A DNA stretch of 64,000 nucleotides, taken from Burkholderiales bacterium. Lineage in GTDB: Bacteria; Pseudomonadota; Gammaproteobacteria; Burkholderiales; SG8-39. The stretch is from positions 30,437-94,436 of the forward strand of contig DATGGA010000029.1 in NCBI GenBank assembly GCA_035308765.1, written 5' to 3'. Positions 10,392-24,483 of the stretch are shown piece by piece (the first letter of the stretch is position 1; the number at the start of each line of letters is the position of its first letter). The notes below the pieces were generated by a model. It was not told the DNA's origin. It ran no database searches and saw nothing but the letters and a program-made list of their open reading frames with translations. The translations under genes were made by a program, and so were the position numbers.

Positions 10392-11569
10392 GCCGCCCGG
10401 CCCATCAGGCCCGCGACGCAATCCGCAGCCGCGCGCCGGGAACCGCGGTCCGCTTCGAGCACGGCCTCGAGCGCGTCGGCCCTCAGGCCGGGCGCGCGCT
10501 CCAGAGCGTGTTCGATGACCTGCGGGATCGCGGTATAACGCAGCTTGCCCTCAAGGAAGGCGGCGACCGCGACCTCGTTGGCGGCGTTCAGCACCGCGGG
10601 CGCGGCGCCGCCGGCACGCAAGGCCGCGTACGCCAGCTGCAGGCAGGGAAAGCGTTTCGCGTCCGGCCGCTCGAACGACAGCTGGCCGATCGCTGCCAGG
10701 TCGAGCGGCGTGGCGCCGGATTCAATCCTTTCCGGATAGCCAAGCGCGTGCGCGATCGGGACCCGCATGTCAGGGTTGGAAAGCTGCGCGATCACCGAGC
10801 CGTCGACGAACTCCACCAGCGAATGGACGATGCTCTGGGAATGGATCAGCACCTCGATGCGCTCGGGCGGCACGTCGAACAGCCAGCGAGCCTCGATCAC
10901 TTCGAGGCCCTTGTTCATCATGGTCGCGGAATCGACCGAGATCTTGCGTCCCATGATCCAGTTGGGATGCGCGCAGGCTTCGTCCGGCGTCACCCCGAAC
11001 AGGCGCTCGACAGGCGTCGCCCTGAAAGGCCCTCCCGAAGCGGTGAGCAGGATGCGGCGCACGGCGCTTCCCGCCCCGCCCGGCGGCAGGCACTGGAACA
11101 CCGCATTGTGCTCGCTGTCGATCGGCAGCAGCGTGGCGCCGCGCTCGCGGATGGCGCGCATGAAAAACGGCCCCGCCATCACCAGGGCTTCCTTGTTGGC
11201 GAGCAGAATGCGCTTGCCGGCGCGCGCGCCTGCCAGCGTGGGAGCGAGTCCCGCGGCGCCGACGATCGCGGCCATCAGCACGTCGCATTCCGGGTCGGCG
11301 GCAACCTGCTCCAGAGCCTGAGCGCCGAACAACAGCTCGGTCTTGCAGCCGGAGTCCGCCATGCGCCGTCGCAGGGCCGCGTCTTCCGTCAGCCCGGAGA
11401 GCACCGCGTAGCGCGGGGCATGCTTTGCGCAAAGCGCAAACAGCGCGTCGGCCGCGCGATGCGCGGTCAGGGCGAAGATGCGGTAACGGTCGGGATGCCG
11501 CGCAGCGACGTCCAGCGTGCTGGCGCCGATCGAGCCGGTCGCGCCCAGCAATGTCAGGTCTCTGGTCAT
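10388..11569 (-). CDS. dxr: 1-deoxy-D-xylulose-5-phosphate reductoisomerase
   Basis: [47 protein letters not shown]. Confidence 0.97.
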   Translation of the reverse strand: MTRDLTLLGATGSIGASTLDVAARHPDRYRIFALTAHRAADALFALCAKHAPRYAVLSGLTEDAALRRRMADSGCKTELLFGAQALEQVAADPECDVLMAAIVGAAGLAPTLAGARAGKRILLANKEALVMAGPFFMRAIRERGATLLPIDSEHNAVFQCLPPGGAGSAVRRILLTASGGPFRATPVERLFGVTPDEACAHPNWIMGRKISVDSATMMNKGLEVIEARWLFDVPPERIEVLIHSQSIVHSLVEFVDGSVIAQLSNPDMRVPIAHALGYPERIESGATPLDLAAIGQLSFERPDAKRFPCLQLAYAALRAGGAAPAVLNAANEVAVAAFLEGKLRYTAIPQVIEHALERAPGLRADALEAVLEADRGSRRAAADCVAGLMGRAA

Positions 11570-12363
11570 GCCGCGCCCATGGCCTGCATCAGCAGCAGGG
11601 CTCCGGGGAGCGCAGCCGTGGCGCTGTCGATCCGATCCAGCACGCCGCCATGGCCGGGAAGCAGTTTGCCGCTGTCCTTGGCGCCGGACTGCCGCTTGAG
11701 CGCGGATTCGAACAGATCGCCCAATACGCTGAGCGCGCAGAGCAGCAATACGCCGGCCAGAAACGGCACCCAGATTACCCCCTGCACGCGGGCCCTCAAT
11801 TCCGGATCGAAAGACGCCCAGATGATAGCGTAGATGATGCATCCGGCGACTGCGCCGGCGACGCCTTCCCAGGTCTTGCCGGGGCTGATCGAGGGCGCCA
11901 GTTGGTGCCGTCCGAACGCCCTTCCGACGAAGTAGGCCGCGGTATCCGCCGTCCAGATCAGGCCGAGGAGGAGGAGGAGCAGATCCCGCGCAAGCGTCGC
12001 CATCGCGACCCCTGCCGGCACGATCACGATCAGTCCAGCCGCGAGCGTCCAGAGGACCGGCGTCGGCGCCAGGCCTCGCGCAAGGCGCCACGGAACCACC
12101 ACCGCCCAGAACGCGAACGCGCCCCACATCAGTCCGCGCGCCAATTCCGGCAGCAGCAGGAACAGGCCGTATGCGAGTACGCTCGCTCCGGCATAGGCCA
12201 GGCGCGTGATCTTTCCGGCCCCTGCCAGCGCCGACCATTCGTTGGCGGCTATCGCGACCACCAATGCGACCAAGGCGGCAAACTGTTTTTGATCGAGGTA
12301 GAACAGCGCCGCCAGGAACGCGGCAAGCAGCGCGGTTGCCGTAAGGATTCGGGTGGCGAGCAA
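11566..12363 (-). CDS. cdsA: Phosphatidate cytidylyltransferase
   Basis: Hydrophobic protein; [38 protein letters not shown]. Confidence 0.95.
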   Translation of the reverse strand: MLATRILTATALLAAFLAALFYLDQKQFAALVALVVAIAANEWSALAGAGKITRLAYAGASVLAYGLFLLLPELARGLMWGAFAFWAVVVPWRLARGLAPTPVLWTLAAGLIVIVPAGVAMATLARDLLLLLLGLIWTADTAAYFVGRAFGRHQLAPSISPGKTWEGVAGAVAGCIIYAIIWASFDPELRARVQGVIWVPFLAGVLLLCALSVLGDLFESALKRQSGAKDSGKLLPGHGGVLDRIDSATAALPGALLLMQAMGAA

Positions 12364-12367
12364 GCGC

Positions 12368-13174
12368 TCAGGCGTCGGTCGCGGCCGGCAGCGGGGCGAG
12401 CTTGTCCTGCTTCGCCTCGTTCAGCTGCTCGCTGGTGCGGCCGAAGCGCCGCTCCCGCTGTCGGTAGGAGGCAAAGGCGCTCTCGAGCGCGGCGGCGTCG
12501 AAATCAGGCCACAGCGTGTCCGTGAAATACAGTTCCGTGTAAGCAAGCTGCCAGAGCAGGAAGTTGCTGACGCGCTGCTCGCCGCCGGTACGGATGAACA
12601 GATCGGGCTCGGGCGCGTAGCTCATCGACAGGTAGGGCGCCAGCGCCTCTTCGGCGACGCCCGCCGCCGCGGCTTCCGGATGCTCGCGCGTGAGGCGCGA
12701 GAGCGCCTGCAGGATGTCCCAGCGGCCGCCATAGTTCGCCGCAATCGTCAGCGTCAGGCCGTCGTTGGCCGCCGTCAGCTGCTCGCCCTGCGCGATCAGG
12801 GCCCGGATTTTCGGATCGAAACGGCTCTGGTCGCCGATCAGCCTGAGCCGGATGCCGTTGCGGTGCAGTTTCTGCACCTCGTTCTCGAGCGCGCCGAGGA
12901 ACAGCTGCATCAGCAGCGCCACTTCCTCCGGCGGGCGGCGCCAGTTCTCGGAACTGAAGGCGAACAGCGTGAGGAACCCGACGCCGCGCTCGGCGCAGGC
13001 TTTCACCGTCGCGCGCACCGCCTCGACCCCGCGCCTGTGGCCGGCGAAGCGCGGCAGGCGGCGCTGCTTCGCCCAGCGCCCGTTGCCATCCATGATGATC
13101 GCGACGTGCCGCGGCACATCGCCGTGCGGCGGAATTTCGGCGGTGGAGCTGGCGTGCGCGGCGCGGGGTTTCAT
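12368..13174 (-). CDS. uppS: Undecaprenyl diphosphate synthase
   Basis: [43 protein letters not shown]. Confidence 0.96.
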   Translation of the reverse strand: MKPRAAHASSTAEIPPHGDVPRHVAIIMDGNGRWAKQRRLPRFAGHRRGVEAVRATVKACAERGVGFLTLFAFSSENWRRPPEEVALLMQLFLGALENEVQKLHRNGIRLRLIGDQSRFDPKIRALIAQGEQLTAANDGLTLTIAANYGGRWDILQALSRLTREHPEAAAAGVAEEALAPYLSMSYAPEPDLFIRTGGEQRVSNFLLWQLAYTELYFTDTLWPDFDAAALESAFASYRQRERRFGRTSEQLNEAKQDKLAPLPAATDA

Positions 13175-13180
13175 GCAGCC

Positions 13181-13738
13181 TCACACCGCCATAAGCTCGG
13201 CTTCCTTCTGCGCGAGGAGCTTGTCGATTTCGGAAATGTGCCGGTCGGTCAGCTTCTGCACGTCGTCGGCGGCACGCCGCTCGTCGTTCTCGGAAATGGT
13301 CTTCTTCTTCAGGGCTTCCTTGACTGCATGGATGGCGTCGCGCCGCAGGTTGCGGATCGCGACGCGCGCGGTCTCCGCCTCCTTGTGCACCACCTTGGCG
13401 AGCTCCTTGCGGCGTTCTTCGGTAAGCGCGGGCATCGGCACGCGGATGGTATCGCCCGCGGCCGCCGGATTGAGCCCCAGGTCGGACTCCCGGATCGCTT
13501 TCTCCACCGCCTGCGCGATCTTCTTCTCGAACGGCGTCACGCCGAGCGTGCGCGCATCCATGAGCGTGACGCGCGCGATCTGGTTCAGCGGTGTCTGGGC
13601 GCCGTAATAATCCACCGTGATGTGATCGAGGATGCCGCTGTGCGCGCGCCCGGTCCGCACCTTGGAAAGGTCGATTTTGAACGCCTCGACGCTCTTGTGC
13701 ATCTTCGCTTCGGTGTTTTTCTTCAGGTCCGCGATCAT
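13181..13738 (-). CDS. frr: Ribosome recycling factor
   Basis: [23 protein letters not shown]; start at MIADLKK. Confidence 0.96.
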   Translation of the reverse strand: MIADLKKNTEAKMHKSVEAFKIDLSKVRTGRAHSGILDHITVDYYGAQTPLNQIARVTLMDARTLGVTPFEKKIAQAVEKAIRESDLGLNPAAAGDTIRVPMPALTEERRKELAKVVHKEAETARVAIRNLRRDAIHAVKEALKKKTISENDERRAADDVQKLTDRHISEIDKLLAQKEAELMAV

Positions 13739-13760
13739 GGCTGGCTCCGTCCCCCCGCGT

Positions 13761-14474
13761 CTACACGTGCACCAGGGTGCCTTCGTCTTCTCCGGCAACC
13801 ACGCGCCCCAAGGCGCCGCTGTTGAATATGCTGAACACGTTCACCGGCAATCTCTGGTCGCGGCACAAGGCCAGCGCGGTGGCATCCATGACCTTGAGAT
13901 TGCGCTGGATCGCCTCGTCGAAACTGACCCGGTGATAGCGCTTGGCCCCAGGATCCTTCTTCGGATCGCTAGTGTACACGCCGTCCACCTTGGTGGCCTT
14001 GAGCACGATTTCGGCGCCCATTTCGCTGGCGCGCAGGGCCGCGGCGGTGTCGGTGGTGAAGAACGGGTTGCCGGTGCCGGCCGCGAAGATCACGATCTTG
14101 CCCTCCTCGAGATAGCGTATCGCCTTGCCGCGGATGTAGGGCTCCACGACCTGCTCGATGTTGAGCGCCGATTGCACGCGGCTTGCCACGCCCGCCTGAC
14201 GCATCGCGTCCTGCAGCGCCAGCGCGTTCATCACGGTCGCCAGCATGCCCATGTAGTCGGCGGTCGCCCGGTCCATGCCCGCAGCCCCCGGCGCGACGCC
14301 GCGGAAGATGTTGCCGCCGCCGATCACCACGCCGATCTCGACCCCGAGTCGCGCCACCGCGGCGATTTCGGCGACGATGCTCTCGATGGTCGGGCGGCTG
14401 ATGCCGTAGGCGCCGTCTCCCATCAGGGCTTCGCCCGACAGCTTGAGCAGGATGCGCTTGTACTTCGGTTTCAT
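13761..14474 (-). CDS. pyrH: UMP kinase
   Basis: [36 protein letters not shown]. Confidence 0.97.
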   Translation of the reverse strand: MKPKYKRILLKLSGEALMGDGAYGISRPTIESIVAEIAAVARLGVEIGVVIGGGNIFRGVAPGAAGMDRATADYMGMLATVMNALALQDAMRQAGVASRVQSALNIEQVVEPYIRGKAIRYLEEGKIVIFAAGTGNPFFTTDTAAALRASEMGAEIVLKATKVDGVYTSDPKKDPGAKRYHRVSFDEAIQRNLKVMDATALALCRDQRLPVNVFSIFNSGALGRVVAGEDEGTLVHV

Positions 14475-14478
14475 TTTC

Positions 14479-15351
14479 TCAGTTCTTCACCATCGACATC
14501 ACTTCGGCCGCGAAATCGCTCGCTTTCTTTTCAATGCCTTCGCCGACCACGAGAAACCGGAAGCCGAGCACTTTTGTTTTCTTCGCAGCAAGCATCTTCT
14601 CGACGCTCTGCTTGTCGTCCTTGATGAAGGGCTGGCCGAGCAGCGTGGCTTCGGCGAGGAACTTGTTCAGGCCACCGTCGACCATCTTGGCGACGATTTC
14701 CGCCGGCTTGCCCGATTCCTTTGCGCGCGCCGCGAGGATGTCGCGCTCGCGGGCAACGACGTCGGCCGGGACTTCTGATTTCGCGAGATAGGCGGGCCGG
14801 GAGAACGAGATGTGCATGGCCACGTCCTTGCCGACGTCATCTGCGCCTTCGTATTCGAGCAGCACGCCGATGCGCCCGCTATGCACATACTGCGAAAGCT
14901 TCGCCGGCGAATTTTCCTTCACGTTCATCTGCGAAAAACGCCGGATCGAGATGTTTTCGCCGATCTTTTGCACCATGCTCTGCCGCTGCGCCTCGATGCC
15001 CGGGTAGGCAACCAGCGCCGCGACGTCAGCCGGATTCTTGGTGGCCACCAGTTCGGCCAGCACCTGTGCGTAGACGACGAAATCGTCGTTCTTGGCGACG
15101 AAGTCGGTTTCACAGTTGAGTTCCACCAGCGCGCCCGACTTCGCATCCGGCGACAGGTAGGCGCCGATCACGCCTTCGGCGGCGATGCGCGACGCGGCCT
15201 TGCCGGCCTTGGCGCCGCTCTTGATACGTAGCAGCTCCTCGGCCTTCTTCAGGTCGCCGTTCGCTTCCGTGAGCGCCTTCTTGCATTCCATCATTCCAAG
15301 CCCGGTCATCTCGCGCAGTTCCTTGACCAGGCCCGCGGTTATCTCAGCCAT
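14479..15351 (-). CDS. tsf: Elongation factor Ts
   Basis: [29 protein letters not shown]. Confidence 0.97.
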   Translation of the reverse strand: MAEITAGLVKELREMTGLGMMECKKALTEANGDLKKAEELLRIKSGAKAGKAASRIAAEGVIGAYLSPDAKSGALVELNCETDFVAKNDDFVVYAQVLAELVATKNPADVAALVAYPGIEAQRQSMVQKIGENISIRRFSQMNVKENSPAKLSQYVHSGRIGVLLEYEGADDVGKDVAMHISFSRPAYLAKSEVPADVVARERDILAARAKESGKPAEIVAKMVDGGLNKFLAEATLLGQPFIKDDKQSVEKMLAAKKTKVLGFRFLVVGEGIEKKASDFAAEVMSMVKN

Positions 15352-15385
15352 GCTGTAAGCAATCCTTTCGTTCCCGCATCAGATT

Positions 15386-15410
15386 GAAAAAAGGGGCCCG
15401 AGGCCCCTTT
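15386..15410 (-). terminator. Intrinsic terminator/attenuator between rpsB and tsf
   Basis: Minus strand AAAGGGGCC-TCG-GGCCCCTTT followed by TTTC. Confidence 0.75.
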
Positions 15411-15433
15411 CTCGAAGACTCGTGCCGCTGCAC

Positions 15434-16180
15434 TCAATTGCCGCCCTCTTCCGCCACTTCGACGAACTCGTCGCGCGACGCGGCGACGACTTCCTCCACC
15501 GCCTGCGAGCGGCCTTCGAGGATCGCATCGGCCATGCCGCGGGCGTAGAGCCGGATCGCGCGGTTCGAATCGTCGTTGCCAGGAATGACGTAGGCAATCT
15601 TGTCCGGCGAATGATTCGTGTCGATCACCGCGACTACGGGAATGCCGAGCTTGACGGCTTCCGTCACGGCGCCCTTGTGGTAGCCGACGTCGATGATGAA
15701 CAGCGCGTCGGGCAGGCCGCCCAGGTCCTTGATGCCGCCTAACGAGCGCTGCAGCTTGGCAAGCTCGCGCTGGATGCCGAGCGCTTCCTTCTTGGACAGG
15801 CGCTCCAGCGAGCCGTCCTCGATCATGCCTTCCATCTCCTTCAGGCGCTTGATCGACTGCTTGACCGTCTTGAAATTGGTCAGCATGCCGCCGAGCCAGC
15901 GGTGATCGACGAACGGCATGCCGCAGCGCACCGCCTCTTCGTGGACGATCTCGCGCGCCTGGCGCTTGGTGCCGACGAACAGGATGCTGCCCTTGTTGGC
16001 CGCCAGCTGGCGCACGAATTTCAGCGCCTCCTGGTACAGGGCCAGGGTCTTTTCCAGGTTGATGATGTGGATCTTGTTGCGGTGGCCGAAGATATACGGC
16101 GCCATCTTCGGGTTCCAGTAGCGGGTCTGATGGCCGAAATGGACCCCCGCCTCCAGCATTTGACGCATTGTCACCGACAT
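15434..16180 (-). CDS. rpsB: 30S ribosomal protein S2
   Basis: [25 protein letters not shown]. Confidence 0.97.
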   Translation of the reverse strand: MSVTMRQMLEAGVHFGHQTRYWNPKMAPYIFGHRNKIHIINLEKTLALYQEALKFVRQLAANKGSILFVGTKRQAREIVHEEAVRCGMPFVDHRWLGGMLTNFKTVKQSIKRLKEMEGMIEDGSLERLSKKEALGIQRELAKLQRSLGGIKDLGGLPDALFIIDVGYHKGAVTEAVKLGIPVVAVIDTNHSPDKIAYVIPGNDDSNRAIRLYARGMADAILEGRSQAVEEVVAASRDEFVEVAEEGGN

Positions 16181-16335
16181 GAAGCACTCCAAGTTTAGGG
16201 TTAAGGGTCAGCCGCACCGGTCAATTGCACCCCGGCTCGTACAACCAGCAGGGGCACCCTAAGCGCCGGGCGGGAAATTTGGTCCGCGCATTTCCCTATC
16301 GGAATGCCCAGACCAGCCTGAAATTCTAGCATAAT
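16181..16335 (-). promoter_or_regulatory. rpsB extended -10 promoter (TG-C-TAGAAT, 16331-16323) and ~135-nt 5' leader, probably the S2 autoregulatory leader
   Basis: Promoter motif seen directly; leader has GGGTG motifs and a GGAG SD. An extended -10 promoter and a structured leader are known for proteobacterial rpsB. Confidence 0.6.
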
Positions 16336-16357
16336 CAGCGCTTTTTCCGGCTATCGG

Positions 16358-17146
16358 ATGTCCATCGTCCTCAAGGATCAGGAAGAAATCGCCAAGATGC
16401 GCATCGCGGGGCGCCTCGCCTCCGAGGTGCTCGACTACATCGCGCCGCACGTACGTCCGGGCGTGACCACGGGCAAGCTGAACGACCTCTGCCACGCCTA
16501 CATGGTCGGCACCCAGGGAACGGTTCCGGCGCCCCTGAACTACGCCCCGCCCGGCTACAAGCCGTTCCCCAAGTCCATCTGCACCTCGGTGAACCATCAG
16601 GTATGCCATGGCATTCCCGGCGACCGCGTACTCAAGCAGGGAGACATCCTCAACATCGACGTCACCGTGATCAAGGATGGTTTCCACGGCGATTCGAGCC
16701 GCATGTTCCACATCGGCGAGCCCGGCATCCAGGCGCGCCGCCTGGTCGACGTGACCTACGAGTGCATGTGGCGCGGCATCGCGCGCGTGCGCCCGGGCGC
16801 GCAACTGGGCGACGTCGGCGCCGCGATCCAGGCGCATGCCGAGCAGCATGGTTTTTCGATCGTGCGGGAATTCTGCGGTCACGGCATTGGGCGCAAATTC
16901 CACGAGGAGCCGCAGGTGCTGCATTACGGCAAGGCCGGCACCGGGCTGCGCCTGGAACCCGGCATGATTTTCACCGTCGAGCCGATGATCAACGCCGGCA
17001 AGGCCGGAATCCGCGAACTCGCCGACGGCTGGACCATCGTCACCAAGGACCACAGCCTGTCGGCGCAATGGGAGCACACTGTGCTGGTCACCGGCGAGGG
17101 GTACGAAGTCCTTACAGTCTCGGCGGGAACGCCGCCGCCGCCGTGA
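16358..17146 (+). CDS. map: Methionine aminopeptidase type I
   Basis: CTSVNHQVCHGIP, DVTVIKDGFHGD, CGHGIG, EPMIN, SAQWEHT. Confidence 0.97.
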   Translation: MSIVLKDQEEIAKMRIAGRLASEVLDYIAPHVRPGVTTGKLNDLCHAYMVGTQGTVPAPLNYAPPGYKPFPKSICTSVNHQVCHGIPGDRVLKQGDILNIDVTVIKDGFHGDSSRMFHIGEPGIQARRLVDVTYECMWRGIARVRPGAQLGDVGAAIQAHAEQHGFSIVREFCGHGIGRKFHEEPQVLHYGKAGTGLRLEPGMIFTVEPMINAGKAGIRELADGWTIVTKDHSLSAQWEHTVLVTGEGYEVLTVSAGTPPPP

Positions 17147-19692
17147 ACGTCGATGCGCTGCGCGAGTCGTTGCGCGAGGCCCGCGAGGCGCTGCATCAGG
17201 CCTATCTGAAGGGCAAGACGCCGGGCTGGCAGCTGCGCGCGCATTCGCGCCTCATCGACCGGACGCTGCAGGAACTCTGGCAGGCGCATGCCCCCTCGTC
17301 GTCCATGGCGCTGGTGGCCACCGGCGGCTATGGCCGAGGCGAACTGTTTCCTTTCTCGGACGTCGACGTTCTCGTGCTCCTTGGCGCCGAGCTGTCCGCG
17401 GCAGAGCGCGGCAGCGTGGAGCAGCTGATCGGGATGTTCTGGGACATCGGCCTGGAGATCGGCCACAGCGTGCGCACCGTGGAAGCCTGTGCCGATTCGG
17501 CCGGGGCCGACATCACCATCGAAACTTCACTGCTGGAAGCGCGCCTGCTCGCGGGCAATGCGCCCCTGTTTCGGCGCCTGTGCCGCACCATCGAGAAAAG
17601 CGTCGATCCCGCAACCTTTCTGAAGGCGAAGAAACTTGAGCAGGAACAGCGCCATGCCAAGTACCGGGACACGCCGTTCGCGCTCGAGCCGAACCTAAAG
17701 GAGGCGCCCGGCGGCCTGCGCGACCTCCAGGTCATCCGCTGGATCGCGCAGGCCTGCGGCATCGGCAGGCGCTGGCGCGACCTCGTCAGTCGCGGCCTGC
17801 TGCAGCGGGGCGAGGCGCTGCGTCTGGCGCGCCACGAAACCGCGCTGCAGGACCTGCGCATCCGGCTGCATTACCTGGCCGGCCGGCGCGAAGACCGGAT
17901 CGTGTTCGACCACCAGGATGCGCTCGCGGCGCAGTGCGGCTTTTCGTCCACGCCCTCGCGCCGCGCCAGCGAACAGCTGATGCAGAGCTACTACCGCCAT
18001 GCCAAGGCGATCACCCAGCTCAACACCATCCTGCTGCAGAACCTGGAGGCGCGCGTCGTTCCGGAACCGGATGCCGCGCCGCGCGTCCTGAACGAGCGCT
18101 TCCAGGCCCGCGGCACGCTGCTCGAGGCGCGGCGCGAGGACCTGTTCGAGCGCGAACCGCGCGCCATCCTCGAGAGCTTCCTGCTGATGCAGCAACACGG
18201 CGACCTGCGCGGCATGAGCGCCGCCACCCTGCGCGCGCTGTGGCGCGCGCGCGGCAGGCTGGACGCGAAGCTGCGGCGCGATCCGCTGGCGCAACTGCTG
18301 TTCGTCCAGATCCTGCAGCAGCCGCGCGGCATCGTGCACGAGTTCCGCCGCATGAACCAGTACGACGTGCTGGGCGGCTACATGCCGGAATTCGGCCGCA
18401 TCGTCGGCCAGATGCAGCACGATCTCTACCACGTCTACACCGTGGACCAGCACATCCTCATGGTGCTGAGGAACGTGCGGCGCTTCACCATGCCTGAATT
18501 CGCGCACGAATTCCCGCTCTGCAGCCAGCTGATGAGCGGTTTCGAGCGCCGCTGGCTGCTTTACGTGGCCGCCCTGTTCCACGACATCGCCAAGGGGCGC
18601 GGCGGCGACCATTCGACGCTCGGCACGATAGATGCGCGGCGATTCTGCCGCCGGCACGGCTTCGCGCGCGAGGACACAGAGCTGGTTTCGTTCCTCGTCG
18701 AGCATCACCTGACCATGTCCTCGGTGGCGCAGAAGCAGGACGTCGACGATCCCGAAGTGGCGCGCGATTTCGCCGCCAAGGTGGGCAGCGAGCGGCGCCT
18801 GGTCGCCCTGTACCTGCTCACGGTGGCCGACATCCGCGGCACCAGCCCGAAAGTCTGGAATGGCTGGAAGGCGAAGCTGCTGGAAGACCTGTTCCGGCTG
18901 ACGCGCCGCATCCTCGCCGGCGATGCGCCGGCGCTCGACACCGCGGTCGCCGAGAAGCAGGCCGAGGCCACGCGCCTGCTGCGGCTATACGCGCTGTCCG
19001 ACGCGGTCAAGGACCGGTTCTGGGCGAACCTGGATACCACCTACTTCCTGCGCCACGACGCCCAGGAGATCGCCTGGCAGACGCGCAACCTGCACTACCG
19101 TATCGATACCGCGACGCCGGTGGTGCGCGCGCGCCTGGCGCCGTTCGGCGAAGGCCTGCAAGTGATGATCTACGCGCCGGACCGTGAAGCGCTGTTCGCG
19201 CGCATCTGCGGCTATTTCGAGCGCGCGGGATTCAACATCGTGGAAGGCAAGGTCCACACCACGCGCAACGGCTACGCCATAGATACCTTCCTCGTCATGG
19301 GCAAGGGCCCCGGCGCGCACTACCGCGACATGATGGCGATGATCGAAAGCGAACTCGCGGAGGAACTGCGTTCGCAGGAACCGCTATTGCCGCCGCGCGG
19401 CGGCCGCGTATCGCGGCGCGTGCGCCACTTTCCGATTCCGCCTGCGATCGATATCCGGCCCGACGAGCGCGGCACCTACAATTCGCTGAACATCGTCGCC
19501 AGCGACCGCCCGGGCCTACTCTACAGCGTGGCGCGGCTGCTCTCCAGCCACAAGCTCAACCTGCACTCGGCCAAGGTAAATACGCTGGGAGACCGGGCGG
19601 AAGACGTGTTCCTGGTCTCCGGTTCGATGCTCTCCGACTCGAAGGCGGTGCTCAGGCTGGAGCAGGAACTGCTCGCGGATCTGCAGATCTGA
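17143..19692 (+). CDS. glnD: [Protein-PII] uridylyltransferase
   Basis: GGYGRGELFPFSDVD, PNLKEAPGGLRD, HD domain (HDIAKG), two C-terminal ACT domains; GTG start overlapping the map stop. Confidence 0.96.
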   Translation: MNVDALRESLREAREALHQAYLKGKTPGWQLRAHSRLIDRTLQELWQAHAPSSSMALVATGGYGRGELFPFSDVDVLVLLGAELSAAERGSVEQLIGMFWDIGLEIGHSVRTVEACADSAGADITIETSLLEARLLAGNAPLFRRLCRTIEKSVDPATFLKAKKLEQEQRHAKYRDTPFALEPNLKEAPGGLRDLQVIRWIAQACGIGRRWRDLVSRGLLQRGEALRLARHETALQDLRIRLHYLAGRREDRIVFDHQDALAAQCGFSSTPSRRASEQLMQSYYRHAKAITQLNTILLQNLEARVVPEPDAAPRVLNERFQARGTLLEARREDLFEREPRAILESFLLMQQHGDLRGMSAATLRALWRARGRLDAKLRRDPLAQLLFVQILQQPRGIVHEFRRMNQYDVLGGYMPEFGRIVGQMQHDLYHVYTVDQHILMVLRNVRRFTMPEFAHEFPLCSQLMSGFERRWLLYVAALFHDIAKGRGGDHSTLGTIDARRFCRRHGFAREDTELVSFLVEHHLTMSSVAQKQDVDDPEVARDFAAKVGSERRLVALYLLTVADIRGTSPKVWNGWKAKLLEDLFRLTRRILAGDAPALDTAVAEKQAEATRLLRLYALSDAVKDRFWANLDTTYFLRHDAQEIAWQTRNLHYRIDTATPVVRARLAPFGEGLQVMIYAPDREALFARICGYFERAGFNIVEGKVHTTRNGYAIDTFLVMGKGPGAHYRDMMAMIESELAEELRSQEPLLPPRGGRVSRRVRHFPIPPAIDIRPDERGTYNSLNIVASDRPGLLYSVARLLSSHKLNLHSAKVNTLGDRAEDVFLVSGSMLSDSKAVLRLEQELLADLQI

Positions 19693-19695
19693 AGA

Positions 19696-20229
19696 CTAGT
19701 CCTCCGCGGGCATTTCCTGCCCCGGAAACAAGGCTTCGTTGAATCCGAATCGGGCGAGATCCCGGATCCGCATCGGGTAGAGGATGCCGTCCAGGTGGTC
19801 GCATTCGTGCTGCACGACGCGGGCATGGAATCCTTCGACGTTGCGCTCGAAACGTTTTCCCCCCTCGTCAAACCCCGAGTACCTGAGCCGGTGCCAGCGC
19901 GGCACCCAGCCGCGCATGCCGGGCACCGACAGGCAGCCTTCCCATCCTTCTTCAATTTCGTCCGACAGCGGCCGCAGCTCCGGGTTGATCAGCACCGTAT
20001 CCGGCACTTCCTTCGCGTCGGGATAGCGCGGATTGGATTTAAAGCCGAAAATCACGACGCGCAGGCCGACGCCGATCTGCGGCGCGGCAAGCCCTGCCCC
20101 ATTCAGGTGCGCCACGGTGTCGCGCATGTCGGCGAGCAGGGCCGCGAGCTCGGGCGTGCCGAAGCGCTCGACTTCCGCGGCGCGCAGCAGCAGCCGCTCG
20201 TCGCCCATCCTCAGCACCTCACGGATCAC
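19696..20229 (-). CDS. def: Peptide deformylase
   Basis: [22 protein letters not shown]. Confidence 0.95.
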   Translation of the reverse strand: MIREVLRMGDERLLLRAAEVERFGTPELAALLADMRDTVAHLNGAGLAAPQIGVGLRVVIFGFKSNPRYPDAKEVPDTVLINPELRPLSDEIEEGWEGCLSVPGMRGWVPRWHRLRYSGFDEGGKRFERNVEGFHARVVQHECDHLDGILYPMRIRDLARFGFNEALFPGQEMPAED

Positions 20230-20975
20230 GGCGTGTACGAAGCTGCGACCAGCTGGGCGATGATGCGGCGCACGCGGTTCATCGCCTGGTCGACCACTGC
20301 CTGGATCCTCTCCAAGGGTATGGCATGCGTGCTGTCGCCCCGCCCGGCGGCATGGTTGGCGACGACCGCGATCGCGGCGTATTCCATTCCTGCTTCCCGC
20401 GCCAGCGCCGCCTCGGGCATCGCGGTCATGCCGACCAGGTCGGCGCCGTCCCGCTCCAGGCGGTTGATCTCCGCCGCGGTTTCCAGCCGCGGCCCCTGGG
20501 TCGTCGCATAGACGCCGCGCTCGGCGACGGTTTCGCCGCAGGCCTCCGCCGCCTTGAGGATGCGCTCGCGCAACGCGGCCGAATAGGGTTCCGTGAAGTC
20601 GATATGCGTGACCTTGGCGCCGGCGCCTTCGAAGAAGGTCGAAGGCCTGCCCCAGGTGTAGTCGATGATCTGGTCGGGCAGCACCAGCGCTCCGGGCCCG
20701 AATTCCCGGCGGATGCCGCCTACCGTGGCGACCGACACGATTTCCTTCACGCCCGCCTCCTGCAGCGCGCGGATATTGGCGCGGTAATTCACTTGGTGCG
20801 GCGGAATCGAATGGTCGTCGCCGTGCCGGGCGAGGAATACCAGCTCGCGGCCGCCGATGCTGCCGAAGCTGAGCGCCCCGGATGGCTCGCCGTATGGTGT
20901 GTGCACCACCTTGCGCTGGACATCGCTCAGGGTCGCGAGCCGCGACAGCCCGCTGCCGCCGAGAATCGCTAGCAT
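20226..20975 (-). CDS. mtnP: S-methyl-5'-thioinosine/thioadenosine phosphorylase
   Basis: [43 protein letters not shown]. Confidence 0.88.
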   Translation of the reverse strand: MLAILGGSGLSRLATLSDVQRKVVHTPYGEPSGALSFGSIGGRELVFLARHGDDHSIPPHQVNYRANIRALQEAGVKEIVSVATVGGIRREFGPGALVLPDQIIDYTWGRPSTFFEGAGAKVTHIDFTEPYSAALRERILKAAEACGETVAERGVYATTQGPRLETAAEINRLERDGADLVGMTAMPEAALAREAGMEYAAIAVVANHAAGRGDSTHAIPLERIQAVVDQAMNRVRRIIAQLVAASYTP

Positions 20976-21523
20976 CGGGTCCCCCGCATCGCCCGGATTT
21001 CCGGCAGGTTGCGCCAGAAACCTTTCGCGTCCATGCCGCAGCCGAAAACGAAGCGGTCCGGGATGGTCAGCCCGACGAAATCGGCCGCGATGGGTTTCTT
21101 CTCCTGCAGGATCTTTTCCACCAGCACGGCGCAGTGAAAGCTCGCGGCGCCCAGTTCCAGCAGCCGGTCGCGGATCGCGCACATGGTCTGGCCGCCGTCG
21201 AGGATGTCGTCCAGCACCAGCACCGCCCGCCCGCGCACGCCGGCTGGAGGATCGACGCGCCAGTCTATGCCGCCGCCCACCGTCGCGGCGCCGTACCGGG
21301 AGGCGTGGATGTAATCGAGATCGAGCGGCATCCGCAGCTGCGGCAGGAGCTGGCCTGCGAAAACCACGGCGCCGCCCATGACGACCAGCACCAGCGGGTA
21401 CCGGTCCGTGAACTGCTGCTGGATTTCCCCCGCAAGCCGGTCGATGGCCGCGCGAACCTCCGCGGCGCCTGCTACCGGATCCGACCGTTCGAGAAAAGCC
21501 CAGGCTTCGCCGATGTCTGGCAT
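20969..21523 (-). CDS. hpt: Hypoxanthine-guanine phosphoribosyltransferase
   Basis: PRPP-binding motif [13 protein letters not shown]; FVFGCGMD. Confidence 0.9.
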   Translation of the reverse strand: MPDIGEAWAFLERSDPVAGAAEVRAAIDRLAGEIQQQFTDRYPLVLVVMGGAVVFAGQLLPQLRMPLDLDYIHASRYGAATVGGGIDWRVDPPAGVRGRAVLVLDDILDGGQTMCAIRDRLLELGAASFHCAVLVEKILQEKKPIAADFVGLTIPDRFVFGCGMDAKGFWRNLPEIRAMRGTRC

Positions 21524-21524
21524 G

Positions 21525-22391
21525 TCAGCGGTTCCTGCCGGCGAGGAAGCCCGAGAACTCCTTGCCCACTTCCGCATGCCGCAAGCCGAGCTCGACCGTC
21601 GCTTTCAGGTAGCCGAGTTTGGTGCCGCAATCGTAGCGCTTGCCGCCGATGCGCATCGCCATCACGCGCTCACGCGCCAGCAGCGCGGAGATGGCGTCCG
21701 TAAGCTGTATCTCGCCGCCGCTGCCCGGTCGGGCCGCCGCAAGCATGTCGAAAATCGCCGGCGTGAGCACGTAGCGCCCGACAACCCCGAGCGTCGACGC
21801 CGCATCCTTGGGCGCCGGCTTTTCGACGATGGCGTTTATTTGAGTGACATCGGCCTTGGCGTCGGCCGGACTGACGATACCGTAGCTGCCGGTACGCTCC
21901 CGCGGAATGTCCTCGACGCCCAGCAGCGAACAGGCTTCCTTCTCGAAGCGGGACGCCATGGCGGCAATGGTCGGGGGCTGCGCGTCGATCAGGTCGTCTG
22001 CCAGCAGGACCGCGAAGGGTTCGTCGCCAACCACCGAGCGCGCGCAAAGAACGGCATGTCCGAGACCAAGCGGTTCCGCCTGGCGGATATAGATGCACTG
22101 GCAGCCCGGCGGCAGGACGGTGCGCGCGATCTCCAGCAACTCGCGTTTGTTCACCAGCGCGCGTTCGAGCTCCGGGTTCATGTCGAAATGATCTTCAATG
22201 GCGCGCTTGTTACGCCCCGTGACGAAGATCATGTCGGTGATGCCCGCGGCGGCCGCTTCCTCCACCGCATACTGGATCAGCGGCTTGTCGACGATGGGCA
22301 GCATTTCCTTCGGACTGGCCTTGGTGGCCGGCAGGAAGCGGCTGCCCAGGCCCGCCACGGGGAATACCGCCTTGCTGATCTTCTTTTGCAT
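21525..22391 (-). CDS. galU: UTP-glucose-1-phosphate uridylyltransferase
   Basis: [35 protein letters not shown]; GGEIQLTDA. Confidence 0.95.
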   Translation of the reverse strand: MQKKISKAVFPVAGLGSRFLPATKASPKEMLPIVDKPLIQYAVEEAAAAGITDMIFVTGRNKRAIEDHFDMNPELERALVNKRELLEIARTVLPPGCQCIYIRQAEPLGLGHAVLCARSVVGDEPFAVLLADDLIDAQPPTIAAMASRFEKEACSLLGVEDIPRERTGSYGIVSPADAKADVTQINAIVEKPAPKDAASTLGVVGRYVLTPAIFDMLAAARPGSGGEIQLTDAISALLARERVMAMRIGGKRYDCGTKLGYLKATVELGLRHAEVGKEFSGFLAGRNR

Positions 22392-22395
22392 CCGC

Positions 22396-24483
<2,088 letters not shown>

